DNA from: Squalus acanthias
Taxonomy: Eukaryota
Reading direction: 5' to 3'
Length of the DNA: 64,000 nucleotides
NCBI GenBank assembly: GCA_030390025.1
Contig: CM059432.1
Span: 20,090,001-20,154,000, forward strand
Below, one piece after another: positions 1 to 12,209 of the stretch; the first letter of the stretch is position 1, and the number at the start of each line of letters is the position of its first letter. Under the pieces are notes generated by a model, which did no database searches, was not told the DNA's origin, and was given only the letters and a program-made list of their open reading frames with translations. Position numbers and translations under genes: made by a program.

Positions 1-70
1 GTTTCCCCCTCTACAGATGCTAACTGACCTGATGTGTGTTTCCAGCATTTTCTGTTTTTATTTCAGATTT
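1..70 (+). mobile_element. Penelope-like pLTR fragment (family A), cut by the window edge
   Basis: acagatgc..tgacctg..tttccagcattttctgtttttatttcag matches copies at 8619-8760, 29003-29134 and 57872-58004. Confidence 0.7.
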
Positions 71-360
71 GGGGGCAGATTTAAAGTAATTGGTAGAAGG
101 ATTAGAGGGGAGTTGAGGAGACATTTTCTCACCCAGAGGGTGGTGAGGGGTCTGGAACTCACTGCCTGAAAGGGTGGTAGAGGCAGAAACCCTCATCACA
201 TTTAAAAAGTACTTGGATATGCACTTGAAGTGCCGTAACCATGTCGTACGGACCAAGAGCTAGAAAGTCGGTATAGGCTGGATAGCTCTTTTTCGGCCGG
301 CACAGACATGATGGGCCGAATGGCCTCCTTCTGTGCCGTAAACTTCTATGATTCTATGAT
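71..360 (+). mobile_element. CR1 LINE 3' fragment
   Basis: End of ORF2 (TQRVV..WNSLP-like), 3' hairpin gggccgaatggcct and (ttctatga)n tail. Confidence 0.85.
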
Positions 361-510
361 CAACAGTGATGGCTCCCCCACAATCAAACAGCCCGCCCTC
401 ACATTGGAGACTGGCCACTTGAGTAAGATACCATACGGGGAGGGGTGGGGGGGGGGGGTCAGTGTCCGTGGATCTGTACCCCAGCATCAAAACACATCTT
501 AGGAAATGAG
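361..510 (+). mobile_element. Degraded LF-SINE-like 3' fragment
   Basis: tggccacttg...gtggatctgtaccccagca motifs shared with 44590-44955. Confidence 0.4.
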
Positions 511-1198
511 AGAAAATTGGCTGGGAAATCAAATCCAACTGAAATCCAAAACACAACTGTGAGCTGCTGAGGATTTTGCTTTGCTTGGAGGCAAATGTGA
601 TTCCCTTAAACAGGATTTTCTAAAGCAAACTATTCCAGGGATCGTGGACTCGCCAAAAAGTTGAGAATTTCCCTTGAAAATATGTTGTGTTTCCTGCCAA
701 TAAAAATGTTATCTGTTCACCGGCAGCAAAGAATTGAAATCAGGTGGTTCAAAGAATTAAGTATTTATGTAGTTCAGTTGATTGAATGATCCACACCAAT
801 CATTAATGGGTCACAATAATAGCCAAAATATAAATAGTGGATTAGCTTTTCTCACGTAATCTCTCAGAGGCAGAGACAAAATAAAAATTACACAGATTAT
901 TCCTGTTTGCTCATTAACTGGATGTGTGACCCACATACCTATGAATTCCACACATACCTAGACAGTCTATTATCTAAGGCGATTATTTAACAAATAGCAG
1001 CAAAGTGTAACCTTTTGACTACATTGTGTATCACTGTTTCAGCAGCAGGTAACTACAGTTATGAAGTTTGTTTTAATGCTAATTAAAAAGGGCTCAGAAT
1101 TATCCCTTGTATTTCAATTGTATGGCATGGCTTCAAAATCTTTTACTCAATCACAACGAAAGCCAGTTCCAATGTGCCATCAGCTGCAAAGACACCTG

Positions 1199-1521
1199 TA
1201 GTAGAGAAAATGCTACAATCTATTATTAAGGACGTGGTAACAAGGCACTTGGAAAATATGATTTGGCAGAGTCAACATGGTTTTATGAAAGAGAAATCGT
1301 GTTTGACAAATCTATTAGAGTTTTTTTGAGGGTATAATTAGCAGGGTAGATAAAGGGGAACCAGTGGATGTAATATATTTGGATTTTCAGAAGGCATTCG
1401 ATTAGGTGCCTCACAAGAGGTTGTTACACAAGATTAAGGGCTCATGGGATTGGGGGTAATATAGTAGCATGGATTGAGGATTGGTTAACGGACAGAAAAG
1501 AGAGAGTAGGAATAAACGGGT
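1199..1521 (+). mobile_element. Internal CR1 RT fragment
   Basis: Encodes [17 protein letters not shown]...[17 protein letters not shown]; flanked by cacctg at 1193-1198 and 1522-1527. Confidence 0.85.
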
Positions 1522-2802
1522 CACCTGGTAAATATTACTGTTCGGGAGTCTTAACTTGATTCCTTGCTTCTTTTGCAGCTGTTCCCAATTCTTATGGGTA
1601 GCGCATACAGCATTGACCCTGACCATTAATTCCTGCCAGGCATGCGTCACTGTTGGCCTTTGGGGAGGTGGCCTGCGCCAGTAAACAGGGCAACTCACCT
1701 CACACATCTACCGCATTCTACTTCACTTCTCCAGACTTCAAACAGGGTGTTTAGGTGCAGTCCTACTCCATCCTCTGCTTCTTGCCTCCACACTTATTTT
1801 GTCAGGCACTGTTCCTTTTTACAATCACCTTTCGATAACACTGAAAAATCCATTGTAATCGCTAGCGCTTTGGTAAAGGTTGAAGAAACTTCACCTCCAT
1901 TTATATGGCCACATACCTTACATGCTGACTTACAATTCCCCCCCCCCCCCCTTCCCTGTCAGCCTACTTTGGTGAACTCAAGAGTGTCAGGTCAAATATA
2001 GGCTAAAAGTGCATTTTGAATAAGTAATCAGATCTAAACCGGAAGATTAGTTTGCTATGAACAACGTTACCCTGCCCATTACCTTTACAAAATACAAAGA
2101 TCTTTGGAGTATCCCATGGGGCTTCCCTTTGACCTACCTCGAACATTATTGCTGCCCTGAAGGCCTAGGCAGTGCCAGGACTTGGACTCAAGCGCCCAAT
2201 AAAACGCCTCCAACAGTGTCCTACATCTGCCCTCTCCATTTATACGAGGGCCTGCAGGAAATCCCGGCACTGCAGTAGGTCCCACATTGCTCCCAATCCG
2301 TGCCAGGAAAGAAAGAACAGCCCCATAGTTTAAACATAAAAAGGTAGTCGCACTGCTCGGTTGGTGGGTTTGGGTTTGGGTTTGGGCTTGGGGTTCAAAT
2401 GTAGATAGTAACACCCTGCACATTCCTACACTTACCGTGTGTAGCTTGACTTGCTGCCTAAGCCTCACAATGTTGCATAAAAACTTGCTGAGGCAACACC
2501 AGCATCTAAGTGATGATAAACACTTCCCCCAACCAAACTCTTGCCCTAGCTATAGGGTAGCCCATCTTTCCCAGAAGGCTGATATGGATCTTGTTGGCCC
2601 TATATGAATTCCAGTAACTCTGAATATTATTTCTGTCCTCCCACGCTATTATATATTATCCGTGATAAAATGGTGTGTTCAGTATCTAAGTAAATCGTAG
2701 GTTAGAGCAGGGGAGCTAATTTGTTATATAATTAATCGGGATTCTGCCATTATTAGCATCCCTGATTTATACAGGCTGAACTTAACTGCCTGAAGTTGTG
2801 AT

Positions 2803-2936
2803 CAATGGTCCCTCTAAATTTTTGGGGGCTGCACGGGCCATTCAAAATACCGTGCATGCGCGATCTTTGTATTGAAATGACGACAAGCCAGTTGTGTGGG
2901 ATCCCTGCTCAGCCACGTAGCTTAAAGGGCACACTA
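2803..2936. mobile_element. hAT-type MITE (134 bp)
   Basis: Imperfect TIRs caatggtccctctaa / ttaaagggcacacta; perfect 8-bp TSD gttgtgat at 2795-2802 and 2937-2944. Confidence 0.8.
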
Positions 2937-2953
2937 GTTGTGATTGACAATTA

Positions 2954-3579
2954 GGGCTGAATTTTAACTCCCAAAAACGGGTGGGTTGAGATCCGGTGAG
3001 ATGTTAAAACTATAAAAATCTCAAACCCGACCCCAACCCGCCCAATTCCGGGCCTAATGGAGGCAGGACTAGGAGCGGGCAGCCAAACCCGGTACTAGGA
3101 GGCAGGTTGAAAAATTAGGTATTTTAATGAGGCTGGCTGCCTCTGATTTAACCTGATTTGTAGGTTTAACCGTGGCTAGCAGGGTTTCCCAGGCCTCTGG
3201 AAACCCGGCAGCTGAAGGGAGGCGAGGACAGCTTCAGGGAGAAGGTAATTGCGTTCACCGGCCGCCCAAGCTCCTCACTGTCATATCCCCACCCCCACCC
3301 CCCCCACCACCAGGGTCGGGGATCAGACCCCCCACCCCCAGAGTCGCAACACCCCCCTCACCGGGGTCGGGAATCAGACCACTCCACAGCGCTCCCACTA
3401 GCAGCAGCAGGTGACTTACCTGTGGCTGCTGCTATGGCCTGCTCAGGAGTGTTCCCCGCTCGACTGGAAGACAAACCTGTCAATCAGGCTGACTTCCGGG
3501 TGGGGATCCTGTCAATCCAAAATTACGCATGCTGTGGATCGCCTCCCCGCCTACGCAGCCGCCCGTCAAGGTTCAGCCC
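2954..3579. mobile_element. PIF/Harbinger non-autonomous element
   Basis: TIRs gggctgaatttt / aaggttcagccc; 3-bp TTA TSD at 2951-2953 and 3580-3582. Confidence 0.8.
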
Positions 3580-4077
3580 TTAGTGCTTTGACCACTCATA
3601 AGCAGCAGACAGTCCGAATCATAATCTCCTGCTTCATTCAGTTCATTTTATATCCAGATAGAACTGAAAAGGACTCGAAAAGGTTCAGGAGCACTGGCAG
3701 AGTGATTGTTGCTTTACGGAAAAGGAGATGGGTGTCACCACATAGGGCACTACTTCATGAATTTGCTCATATTAGTATGAATTTTGTGGTCATCAACGTG
3801 AGAGATATTAGTGCTGGGCAATGGGACACTTTTCACTTTGGGACTCCAGTGTCAGCGTCAAACACTTCCAGGCCACATACAATACAGATGCAGAGTGAAG
3901 CTTCCTTTAGAAGCAGGGTCACATTTGTGAGATCCCATGCCACCCGCCATTTTCCGATATGCACTGAGTGTTTGTGCCGGCGGCTCTGGGCCTCGCACGG
4001 TTCATCCTCAGGCCTCAACAAGACCGTCTCGGAACAGTACCATCTACTGCGCCAATGTAACGCTTTTCCATTTCCAA

Positions 4078-4290
4078 ACAACGACGTGTATTTATATAGC
4101 ACCTTTAACGTAGTAAAACGTCCCAAGGTGACAAAATTTGACACCGAGCCACATACGAGGGCAGATGACCAAAAGCTTGGTCAAAGAGTTAGGTTATAAG
4201 GAGCATCTTAAAAGTGGAAAGAGAGGCAGGGAGGGAATTCTAGAACTCAGGGCCTTGCCAGCTGGAAGCACGGCCGCCAATAGTAGACCG
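4078..4290 (-). mobile_element. L2 LINE 3' fragment
   Basis: aacaacgacgtgtatttatatagcacctttaacgtagtaaaacgtcccaagg is the reverse of the L2 3' end at 11255-11309. Confidence 0.75.
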
Positions 4291-4409
4291 ATTAGATTCC
4301 AATCCAACCACTATCTTTAAGTAAAATTGCTAATCTGGTGCCAAATTAGGAGTAGTGTTGTACTGTGGCCACTAGGCTATGGGCTCGAACTTCTTTCCAA
4401 AATATTTTG

Positions 4410-5182
4410 GGGGAAAAATTGAGTCGCGCCCCCTTTGGGGCGTTAACTTCGCCGGGACGCTACTTTTAGCGCCCCATAAAAATTAGCGCCCCCGTGCCGG
4501 AAATTGAGTGGTTGCGCCCCAAGAGGGAAGCAGGGTGCCACTGGAAGCGCCTCACATCCCTCTTGGAGTGCCGCGAGTCAATATCGTGGCTCTACGTGCT
4601 GCAGCACCAGGCGCTGCGGCACATCGCACCGCGGTATTGCAGGCCTTCCTCCCCTTCTTAAAGGGGAGGGGCCTTGTGCAGCGCGAACCGGGGCCCAGCT
4701 GGGCCCCCGGGGATCGGGAGTGCCGGCAAAAGAGCCCAGCACTCGAGAAGTGCCGGGCTCTTGGAGCGCAGCCGGCACTTCGCGTGGGGGGGGGCTTCAC
4801 AGGGGCCGGGGACAGCAACGGGGGCAGGTGCTGGCAGGCGGCCAGCAACAAAAATGGCCGCCCGCCACCTCCCCTTTAACTAGCGCCACCCCGGCCGCAG
4901 GTAGGGCCCCCCTGACCCCGTCGGACATAGCGTCCAGCGGTAAGTCAAGGGGCGCTACCGAAGATCGCGGCCGGAGCGTGAGCAGGGCGCTGTGCACGGC
5001 GATGACGTCATCACCGGCGACGCAGCGCCACAGGGCGCTACCGGTTAGCGCCGCCGCTAACCTCCCGCTGAATTTCGCGGGAGGTGTGGGCGGCGCCGCA
5101 CCCGGGCGCTAGTTGCTTTGCGCCCCATTTGTGCTCTCTTAAGGCGCTAACGGGAGACGCAAACCAACTGAATTTTTTCCCC
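4410..5182. mobile_element. GC/CpG-rich PIF/Harbinger-like non-autonomous element
   Basis: TIRs ggggaaaaattgagt / actgaattttttcccc; subterminal agcgcc/ggcgct repeats; high CpG retention. Confidence 0.7.
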
Positions 5183-5529
5183 TTCATGTTTTATTTTATA
5201 CCCTTACAGCCAGTAGAGAGGAGTGACCTTCAACTCGTCAGTCTGATCTGAACACATGCCCCACGGTTGAAAAGCAGGGCATGGGTTGTCCCCTTCAGTG
5301 CCCGAGCATAAAAGCTGTGCCCACTGAGAGCACTAATTGCATCAGGCATCCATGATATTCAGTCTATAAAAATAAAATAAGGAACAATCGTGGGCAACCT
5401 TTGCCCAAATTTGCAATAGGTGATCCAGCAGATGAAGCTCTTGCATCCAGGCACTGAAGAGGAAAATCCAAAAATGTCTAACTCACTGAACCACTCGGTT
5501 CCCCAGGGTTCATGACTAAACTGTTTCTT

Positions 5530-6297
5530 TTTGCAGCATTTTGCTTTTAAAATAACGGTGAGGCAAATGGCGCTCAACGTTATTTATGCACAAATGGCCC
5601 AGCAACTTCAGGTGAGGACCAGATGCATGTATAAAGGCAAATTTCCAAAGGGTCTGCCGCCCCGCCATTAGGTTCGCGAAAACGCCATCTGCCTCACCAC
5701 TGAAATGCATTCAATGCGTGCAGTTGCTGTATTTGCACGGTAGATACGAACTAAACTTGCCACAGAAAGTGAAGTCTTGCTTTGAAGTCTAAACACCTTT
5801 TAACAATGTGATAAGTGTTGATCCCTGCCAATCAAACACGCTGACACTGAAAATTAACTCGTTCAAGTGTGGCGTCTCATTCCTTCAGCTTTTAATTGTT
5901 GGAGATTTTAAAAATGTAAAATGTAATTTTTTTTTAAAAAATTGTTACTTTTCCTTTATGTCTCTTTTTTTCTCTCTTTTAATCCAATTTTTCTTTCCCT
6001 CTTTTAATTATTCTTGCTGTAGCTGATTTGACATTGAATTCACCCGCTCTGATTCACCCTCCTTCTCAGTCCTTGCGCTGTTAATTTCACAATCCTTCAA
6101 TAGGATTGGTTAGTGAGATACACAGTTGCTGTCCCTGTTCTCTCAGGTCTCAGATACCCGGTTTCCCTCGCTGCGCCGTTATTAGCTCACACTTTCAGCA
6201 ACTTGCCACGCAAAACATTAAAAACCCTAAACGTGCGAGGGCAAGTCTAACTAACGGCAGACGCTGTGAGATGCCCTGCTACAGCAAAATCTGGGCC
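5530..6297. mobile_element. Harbinger-like non-autonomous element, left end degraded
   Basis: Right end gcaaaatctgggcc; internally similar, in reverse, to 18676-19396. Confidence 0.55.
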
Positions 6298-6788
6298 AAT
6301 GTTTTACCTGCCCTTAAAGGGTAGATTCTGCTTCGGTTAAACACAATTAAATACAGAGATCAGGGTTTCTCTTTCCATTAAACAGATCAGAGTTGGCAAT
6401 TAATTACATAAACTGGAGTTAGGAAACAGGAGCAGTTTCTTAATTGCAAAGAGCAAACCTAATATTAAATTAGACCAGGGATCATTATGAATAATACAAA
6501 CTGGGATTTTAGATAAAATAGAATCTAGGCTGCAAATAATTTAATGAATAGAAACTAGATTGGAGTGCAGTTTCAAAAAAAAAAATGACTCAATCTATGG
6601 AGGAACAGTTGCCTCCCCTGCAGATGGTTACGTGCCTGCGTCCGAGGCCTCATATGCCATTGTTTGGAGGTTTTACCAGTTCTTGGCTGGGGCACGAGAT
6701 CAGTGGCACTACAATATAGGAACAGGAGCTGGCCATTTAGTCCCTCTAGCCTGCTCTGCTATTCAATTAGATCATGGCTTTTTTTTAA

Positions 6789-7357
6789 ATTCATTTTTTA
6801 TGGGATGTGGGCATCGCTGGCAAGGCCAGCATTTATTGCCCATCCCTAATTGCCCTCGAGAAGGTGGTGGTGAGCCGCCTTCTTGAATCGCTGCAGTCCG
6901 TGTGGTGGAGGTACTCCCACAGTGCTGTTAGGGAGGGAGTTCCAGGATTTTGACCCAGCGACAATGAAGGATCGGCGATATACTTCTAAGTCAGGATGAT
7001 TCGTGACTCGGAGGGGAACTTGGAGGTGGTGGTGTTCCCATGCGTCTGCTGCCCTTGTCCTTCTAGGTGGAAGAGGTCGCAGGTTTGGGAGGTGCTGCCG
7101 AAGAAGCCTTGGCGAGTTGCTGCAGTGCATCTTGTAGATGGTACACACTGTAGCCACAGTACGCCGGTGGTGGAGGGAGTGAATGTTTAAGGTGGTGGAT
7201 GGGGTGCCAATCAAGCGGGCTGCTTTGTCCTGGATGGTGTCGAGCTTCTTGAGTGTTGTTGGAGCCGCACTCATCCAGGCAAATGGAGAGTATTCCATCA
7301 CACTCCTGACTTGTGCCTTGTAGATGGTGGAAAGGCTTTGGGGAGTCAGGAGGTGGG
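6789..7357 (-). mobile_element. CR1-like LINE (family B) 3' fragment, inserted in an older CR1 tail
   Basis: ORF 6846-7361: YKAQVRSVMEYS...KSWNSLP...KKAAHHHLLEGN*, then 3' UTR ggatgggcaataaatgctggcc. Confidence 0.85.
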
Positions 7358-8057
7358 ACACTGTATCTTAATCATTTACCTGCCTCGATTCCCTTGCTCT
7401 TAATGTCAAGGGCCACTTGAAGGCAACTTAATCTGCACCCTCAACAGTATTGATTCTGGGCCAGCCCAGTTATGGGACGTTGCTACGTCGGGCATTCATT
7501 GCAAATCCCTTTCATTTTCTTGGGCTTCGGAGATAAAGCAAGGGGATATAGCTCGGAAATGGGACTACCCGAGCGTCCACAGAGCAAATGAAATGACTCG
7601 AGTGAAACATTAATATGATTCTCACTGCCCCCCCCCACCCCCAGCCATATTTGTGGGTAGGTGCCCGACCTCCACGTGCCAGCTGGTACTATAGCAAAAT
7701 AAAAATCAGGAGCTCATGCGGGTGTGAAAAATCCTGAGTTCTGATTGGTATTCAATCACTCTAGGATACAATATTGCGGTAAAATTATGAGCCAATGCTA
7801 AGACTGCGGATCTTGATAAAATCGCACTAGAAAAAGCCCCAATGCGCTCAACACACAGAGCCAGGCAGTCCATCCGGGGATGGAAGTGGAAAAGGGCATA
7901 GAAGATACTGGCACAGTTGAGTCAGCTTCTATCGCCAGTAACACCATCATAGCTGCGTGACGGTCCAAGTGTCAAAACTGCCCAACTCTCCCTAATGAAG
8001 AGACTTGTCAAACCATAGACTCGTTAGCTATAAGGAAGGTGGAGGCTGTAGTTAAGG

Positions 8058-8166
8058 TCTGAAGTTACTAAAGTCAATATTCAGGCCCAAGGGCTTGAAG
8101 AGTGCCCAGGAACAGGATACGGTGCTTCTCCTGGAGTTTGTGCTGAGCTTTGTTGGAACAGTGTAG
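8058..8166 (-). pseudogene. Remnant of the C-terminus of a Penelope-like GIY-YIG endonuclease ORF
   Basis: Reverse strand reads LHCSNKAQHKLQEKHRILFLGTLQ(frameshift)GLNIDFSNFR, matching the E..(W/L)I..LGTL.P.GLN end motif of Penelope-like element ORFs. Confidence 0.7.
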
Positions 8167-8171
8167 ACAGA

Positions 8172-8446
8172 AGAAATAACTTGCATTCATATAGCGCCTT
8201 TCACAACCGCAGGACGTCCCAAGTGTTTTACAGCCAATTAAGTAGTACAGTCGCTATTGCAATATAGGAACACGGCAGCCAATTTGCAAACAACAAGGTC
8301 CCACAAACAGCAATGAAATAAATGACCAGGTCATCTGATTTTAGGTGTTGGCTGAAGGATAAATATTTTCCGTGACACCTGGAAAACTCCCCTTGCTCTT
8401 CTTTGAATAGTGCTGTGGGATCAGTTACATCCACCTGACAGGCCAT
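8172..8446 (-). mobile_element. DeuSINE-like SINE (Deu core plus L2-type tail)
   Basis: Reverse strand: caggtggatgtaa..gatcccacagcactattcaaagaagagcaagggga...ttggctgtaaa..tttgggacgtcctg..gaaaggcgctatatgaatgcaag. Confidence 0.7.
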
Positions 8447-8618
8447 GTGGGTTCGAGACCCTTCGTCACAGGACACAGCGATGGAGGAAAAAGTCTGCGT
8501 CCTTGGTGCAGCAAGCTTTTTTTTGCCCTTTAACGTTCGCACACCCTATCATGTTTTACCAGCATTTTGTGTTTAAATTTGCAGGCTCTCTGTGTTTTCA
8601 ATCTGTCTCTGATCTACT

Positions 8619-8760
8619 CCCAGTTCCGATGAAAGGTCATCGACCTGAAAGGTTAACTCTGTTTCTCTTTCCACAGATGCCGTCTGACCTGCTGAGTATT
8701 TCCAGCATTTTCTGTTTTTATTTCAGGTTTTCAGCGTCCGCAGTTTTTTGCTTTTGTTTT
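8619..8760 (+). mobile_element. Penelope-derived short insert (family A) with a variant hammerhead motif
   Basis: 15-bp TSD tgtctctgatctact at 8604-8618 and 8761-8775; begins AGTT-CCGATGA-A-AGGTC-ATC-GACCT-GAAA-GG-TT-AACT. Confidence 0.8.
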
Positions 8761-8989
8761 TGTCTCTGATCTACTAATCTCTTCCTTTGGTTGCTTTTCA
8801 CTGCCTTAGCTGTTCACTCGCTTTTTTCTTTGCTTTCTCTAATGTCTTTAATGGTTTCTTTCATTGTCTGATGTCAAGGTCATCTCAGTCATTCAGCAAC
8901 CTCCTTTTTTCATTGAAACAGGTGAGAGATAATTCCGTCAATGCGTCCACATTCTTTGATTGTTCTTCGCTCCCCTTTTCTTTTCGATT

Positions 8990-9130
8990 ACATTAAAATT
9001 TTTATTCATCTTTCGTTTTTTCAGTTCTGAAGAAGGGTTGACACCCGAAACCATAACGTTGCCTCTCTCCACAGAAGCTGAGTGTTTGCAGCATTTTCTG
9101 TTTCTGCTTCAGATTACCAGTATTTGCAGG
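8990..9130 (+). mobile_element. Older Penelope pLTR copy with degraded hammerhead
   Basis: AGTT-CTGAAGA-A-GGGT-TGAC-ACCC-GAAA at 9023-9050, followed by family-A-like sequence. Confidence 0.65.
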
Positions 9131-10194
9131 TTCTTTTTAAAATTCTGCTTTTGGGGATGTTGGTTCAGGGATATATCTTGTCCAAGATGCCAGGAGAACG
9201 CTTATCAAAGAGTGCCGTGGCATCTTTTACATCGACTTCCCAGTAATCCCAAAGGTGTGGCTCACAGGGGCCAGAGGTTTTTGTGCAGTGCTGCTCCTCC
9301 TAGCCGCACAACGATAAAGGTTAAATAAAATACTTTAGCCCTTTTCTGAGCGGTCTCCAGCAGCCCCTTGAAGGATCTTTGGTTAGGGCCACTCGACATC
9401 GGCAGAGCGTGCACCGCACACACTCGGCCCTTTAGTACCTCAAGTTTACAATCAGGGTTCTATGTAGGTCATTGGTTTCTGACTTGAATATGACAAGTGG
9501 CCTCACGCCTGAAATAGGCTGCCCTACCAAAATGGCGGCTGCTGGAGCAGCAGCATAACTGGAGCCAACACCATTTTCAGGCCACAGTCGCCCTGTTTAC
9601 ATCAAGCAGGGGCACTTAAAATCGGCCGCAACTACACTACACAATTTGTGTCAATGCAAAGCTAAAACTTCGTGGTATAAGTGATCTATAAGGCTAATTA
9701 CTATTCCTTGAAAAAACTGGAACCTTTTTTTATTCAAAGAGCACGTTATGTCGCACTTTACAGCCAATGAAGTACTTCTGAAGTGTAGTCGCTGTTGTAA
9801 TGTAGGCACAAAACTACCAGAGCAAGCTTTTCAATATAGCTATTTTGCCCAGACCCTGAAGCTCCAAGCCCCGATGCTTCTGCTTTACCTGCCACTGTGT
9901 TGAACACTGTGTGACTTGAATCAAGAGTTAATTAAACATTGACTCTGCAGTATATTCAACATCATTATCCACTTTATGAATACTTATAAGTGTCACTGCT
10001 GTAATTGTGTTTTCATCACTTGTGAAAAATTAAGGACAGATATCCTGCTAAAGCCAATTATCAACTTCCTCTGCAGTCCTCAAGTAGTCACATCCAACAC
10101 CATCATAACATAAACATTAAAATAACATATTTTAAACTACTACTGTGTGCATGAGGTAATTGCAGCTACTAAATGGAGTTAAACTGTGTTATTG

Positions 10195-10375
10195 AATAAT
10201 GAAGCGCCACCAAAGCTTTGTTTATATATAAGGGTTTGTTCTCGGCAGCCCTGCAAGCATTGCCTATTGGCAGCTTATCTACCGATGAGGTCATGGGCGA
10301 CCCAGCAAGCTGGGGCACCAAGAGAAGGCCAGCCTCCTCCCACAGACTAAAGAGACGCCTGATCCAGCCAATGAG
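10195..10375. promoter_or_regulatory. Candidate TATA/CCAAT promoter-like cluster
   Basis: Minus strand: CCAAT (10270), TATATAAA (10228), Inr-like TCATT (A at 10200); also ATGAGGTCA at 10285 and plus-strand CCAAT at 10368; unique sequence. Confidence 0.25.
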
Positions 10376-10649
10376 GCAGCTAGGAAGACAGAGAGAGAAA
10401 TAGGAAGGGCAAATCAGCTAGAGTCACTTCCATTTATTTTTTTTTAAATCAAACTATTACCGCACAGCAACACTCTGGCACAGTTTGACCATCTGTTTGC
10501 TGGGGTGGAAAATAATACAGAAAGGAACAGTTAACTGAAAAGGTGGCAAGATAAACTAATCTCGCCGTGAGAAATGAACTATAGTTAGCACTCCTGAACA
10601 TGATCCAATGGCTTCTGTCGGAGAGTGCAAGTGTGAATGTGTGACTATG

Positions 10650-11309
10650 CGTCCGACCCCATATCCTCTCCATCATCAAGACCGCCTACTTCCACCTCCG
10701 TAACATCGCCCGTCTCCGCCCCCGCTTCAGCTCATCTGCTGCTCAAATCCATGCATTTGTCATCTCCAGACTCGACTATTCCAATGCTCTCCTGGCCGGC
10801 CTCCCACCTTGCACCCACCGCAAACTTGAGCTCATCTAAAACACTGCTGCCCGTGTCCTAACTCGCAGCAAGTCCCGTTCACCCATCACCCCCGTGCTCT
10901 CTGACCTACATGTGTTGCCAGACAGGCAGCCACTCAGTTTTAAAATTCTCATCCCTGTTTTCAAATCCCTCCACGGCCGCCACCCCTCCCTATCTCTGTA
11001 ATCTCCTCCAGCTCTACAACCCTCAGAGATCTTAGCGCTCCTCTAATTCTGGCCTCTTGTGCATCCACGATTTTCATCGCTCCGCCTTTGGCAGCCGTGC
11101 TGCCCCAGGCCCCAAGCTTTGGAATTCTCCTAATATCTCCTTATCTCCTCCGGCATGGGCTCAATGGGCCAAATGGCCTGCTTCTGTGCCATAACCATTC
11201 TATGATTCTATGTGGCTTGGTGTCAAATTTTGTTTGATTACGCTCCTGCGAAGCACCTTGGGACGTTTTACTATGTTAAAGGCGCTATATAAATGCAAGT
11301 TGTAGTTGT
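10650..11309 (+). mobile_element. L2 LINE 3' fragment, with a short CR1 tail at ~11150-11212
   Basis: YFHLRNIARLR / HAFVISRLDYSN / HITPVLSDLH motifs; ends ggcgctatataaatgcaagttgtagttg. Confidence 0.85.
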
Positions 11310-11334
11310 GAGAACAGCACCACACACAGCTTAG

Positions 11335-11480
11335 ATACCCTCACAGTAGAACAACCTCCCTGCACTTAGTGTCTAGGCTCGTGCATGAAGAATAGCCTCT
11401 TGGATGATATGGCACTGGAGTGTGAGTATCATGCAATCACCCAAGCCAAGCGTTAACGCCTTGAGGAGAGGAAGGACGCA
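11335..11480 (+). mobile_element. LF-SINE-like 3' fragment
   Basis: gtctaggctcgtgcatgaagaatagcctcttgg...gccttgaggagagg. Confidence 0.5.
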
Positions 11481-12209
11481 AGGGAGAAAGTAAGGGAATA
11501 AAAGTGGAAAATTAGATTGAAAAAACTCTCTGCACATTACATATAAAATACAGTGCAACTAATAGCTATTCATAATGGACCCAAGAATAATGAAGAAGCT
11601 CTTTAAAGAATTAATAATGAATTAATCGGAATTGCCAACTAATTCTCAGAGTTATAATGGGGAATCTCTCCATAATTAGTGGTGAATCCCAGTCCACCTT
11701 TGTTATCATGTTTAACTCCATAAAGGCACTTTGGGCTAGAAATTCATCTACGTACCTCAACTCTGCAGCGCCATCAAATGGCAAGAAAATGGCAGCCGCC
11801 GCTCTTTCGCCAGCCGGTGGCGGGTCCCTGTGGCATCTGCCATTTTCCTCCCACTCTTTGCGCTGCCGGTAACTGGGGAAAAAAAAGGCGACGTGGTGAT
11901 GTCAATCGGCTTGCAACGGCCGACTTAACGTCACCACTCCGAACTTCGAACCTCGCGCTGAATTCAGCGCTGGGTCCTAAGTACGCCAGGTAAACCTGCC
12001 GTGCAAGCAGGCTGACAGTGGCGATGCCAGCACCTCTTAAAGGAACACACACATCTTTCAGTTAAGTTTGGATTTAAGCTTCTGGACTTTTTATTCTATT
12101 TTATTGAAATAGTGACTTGCTGCAATAGATGTTAAAAGTTTTTTTTAAGTGTGTAGGGAGTGCTGCTGGACGCTTGCAAGGCCTCGGATGGTAAAGGAAG
12201 GCCTCTGAG

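Noticed and set aside
3411..4199. 262-aa ORF
   Set aside because: Runs across a MITE end, unique DNA and an antisense L2; non-ATG start; no recognisable domain
4504..5112. Overlapping GC-rich ORFs / CpG-island gene
   Set aside because: Lie inside a TIR-bounded element and are open in many frames because of high GC
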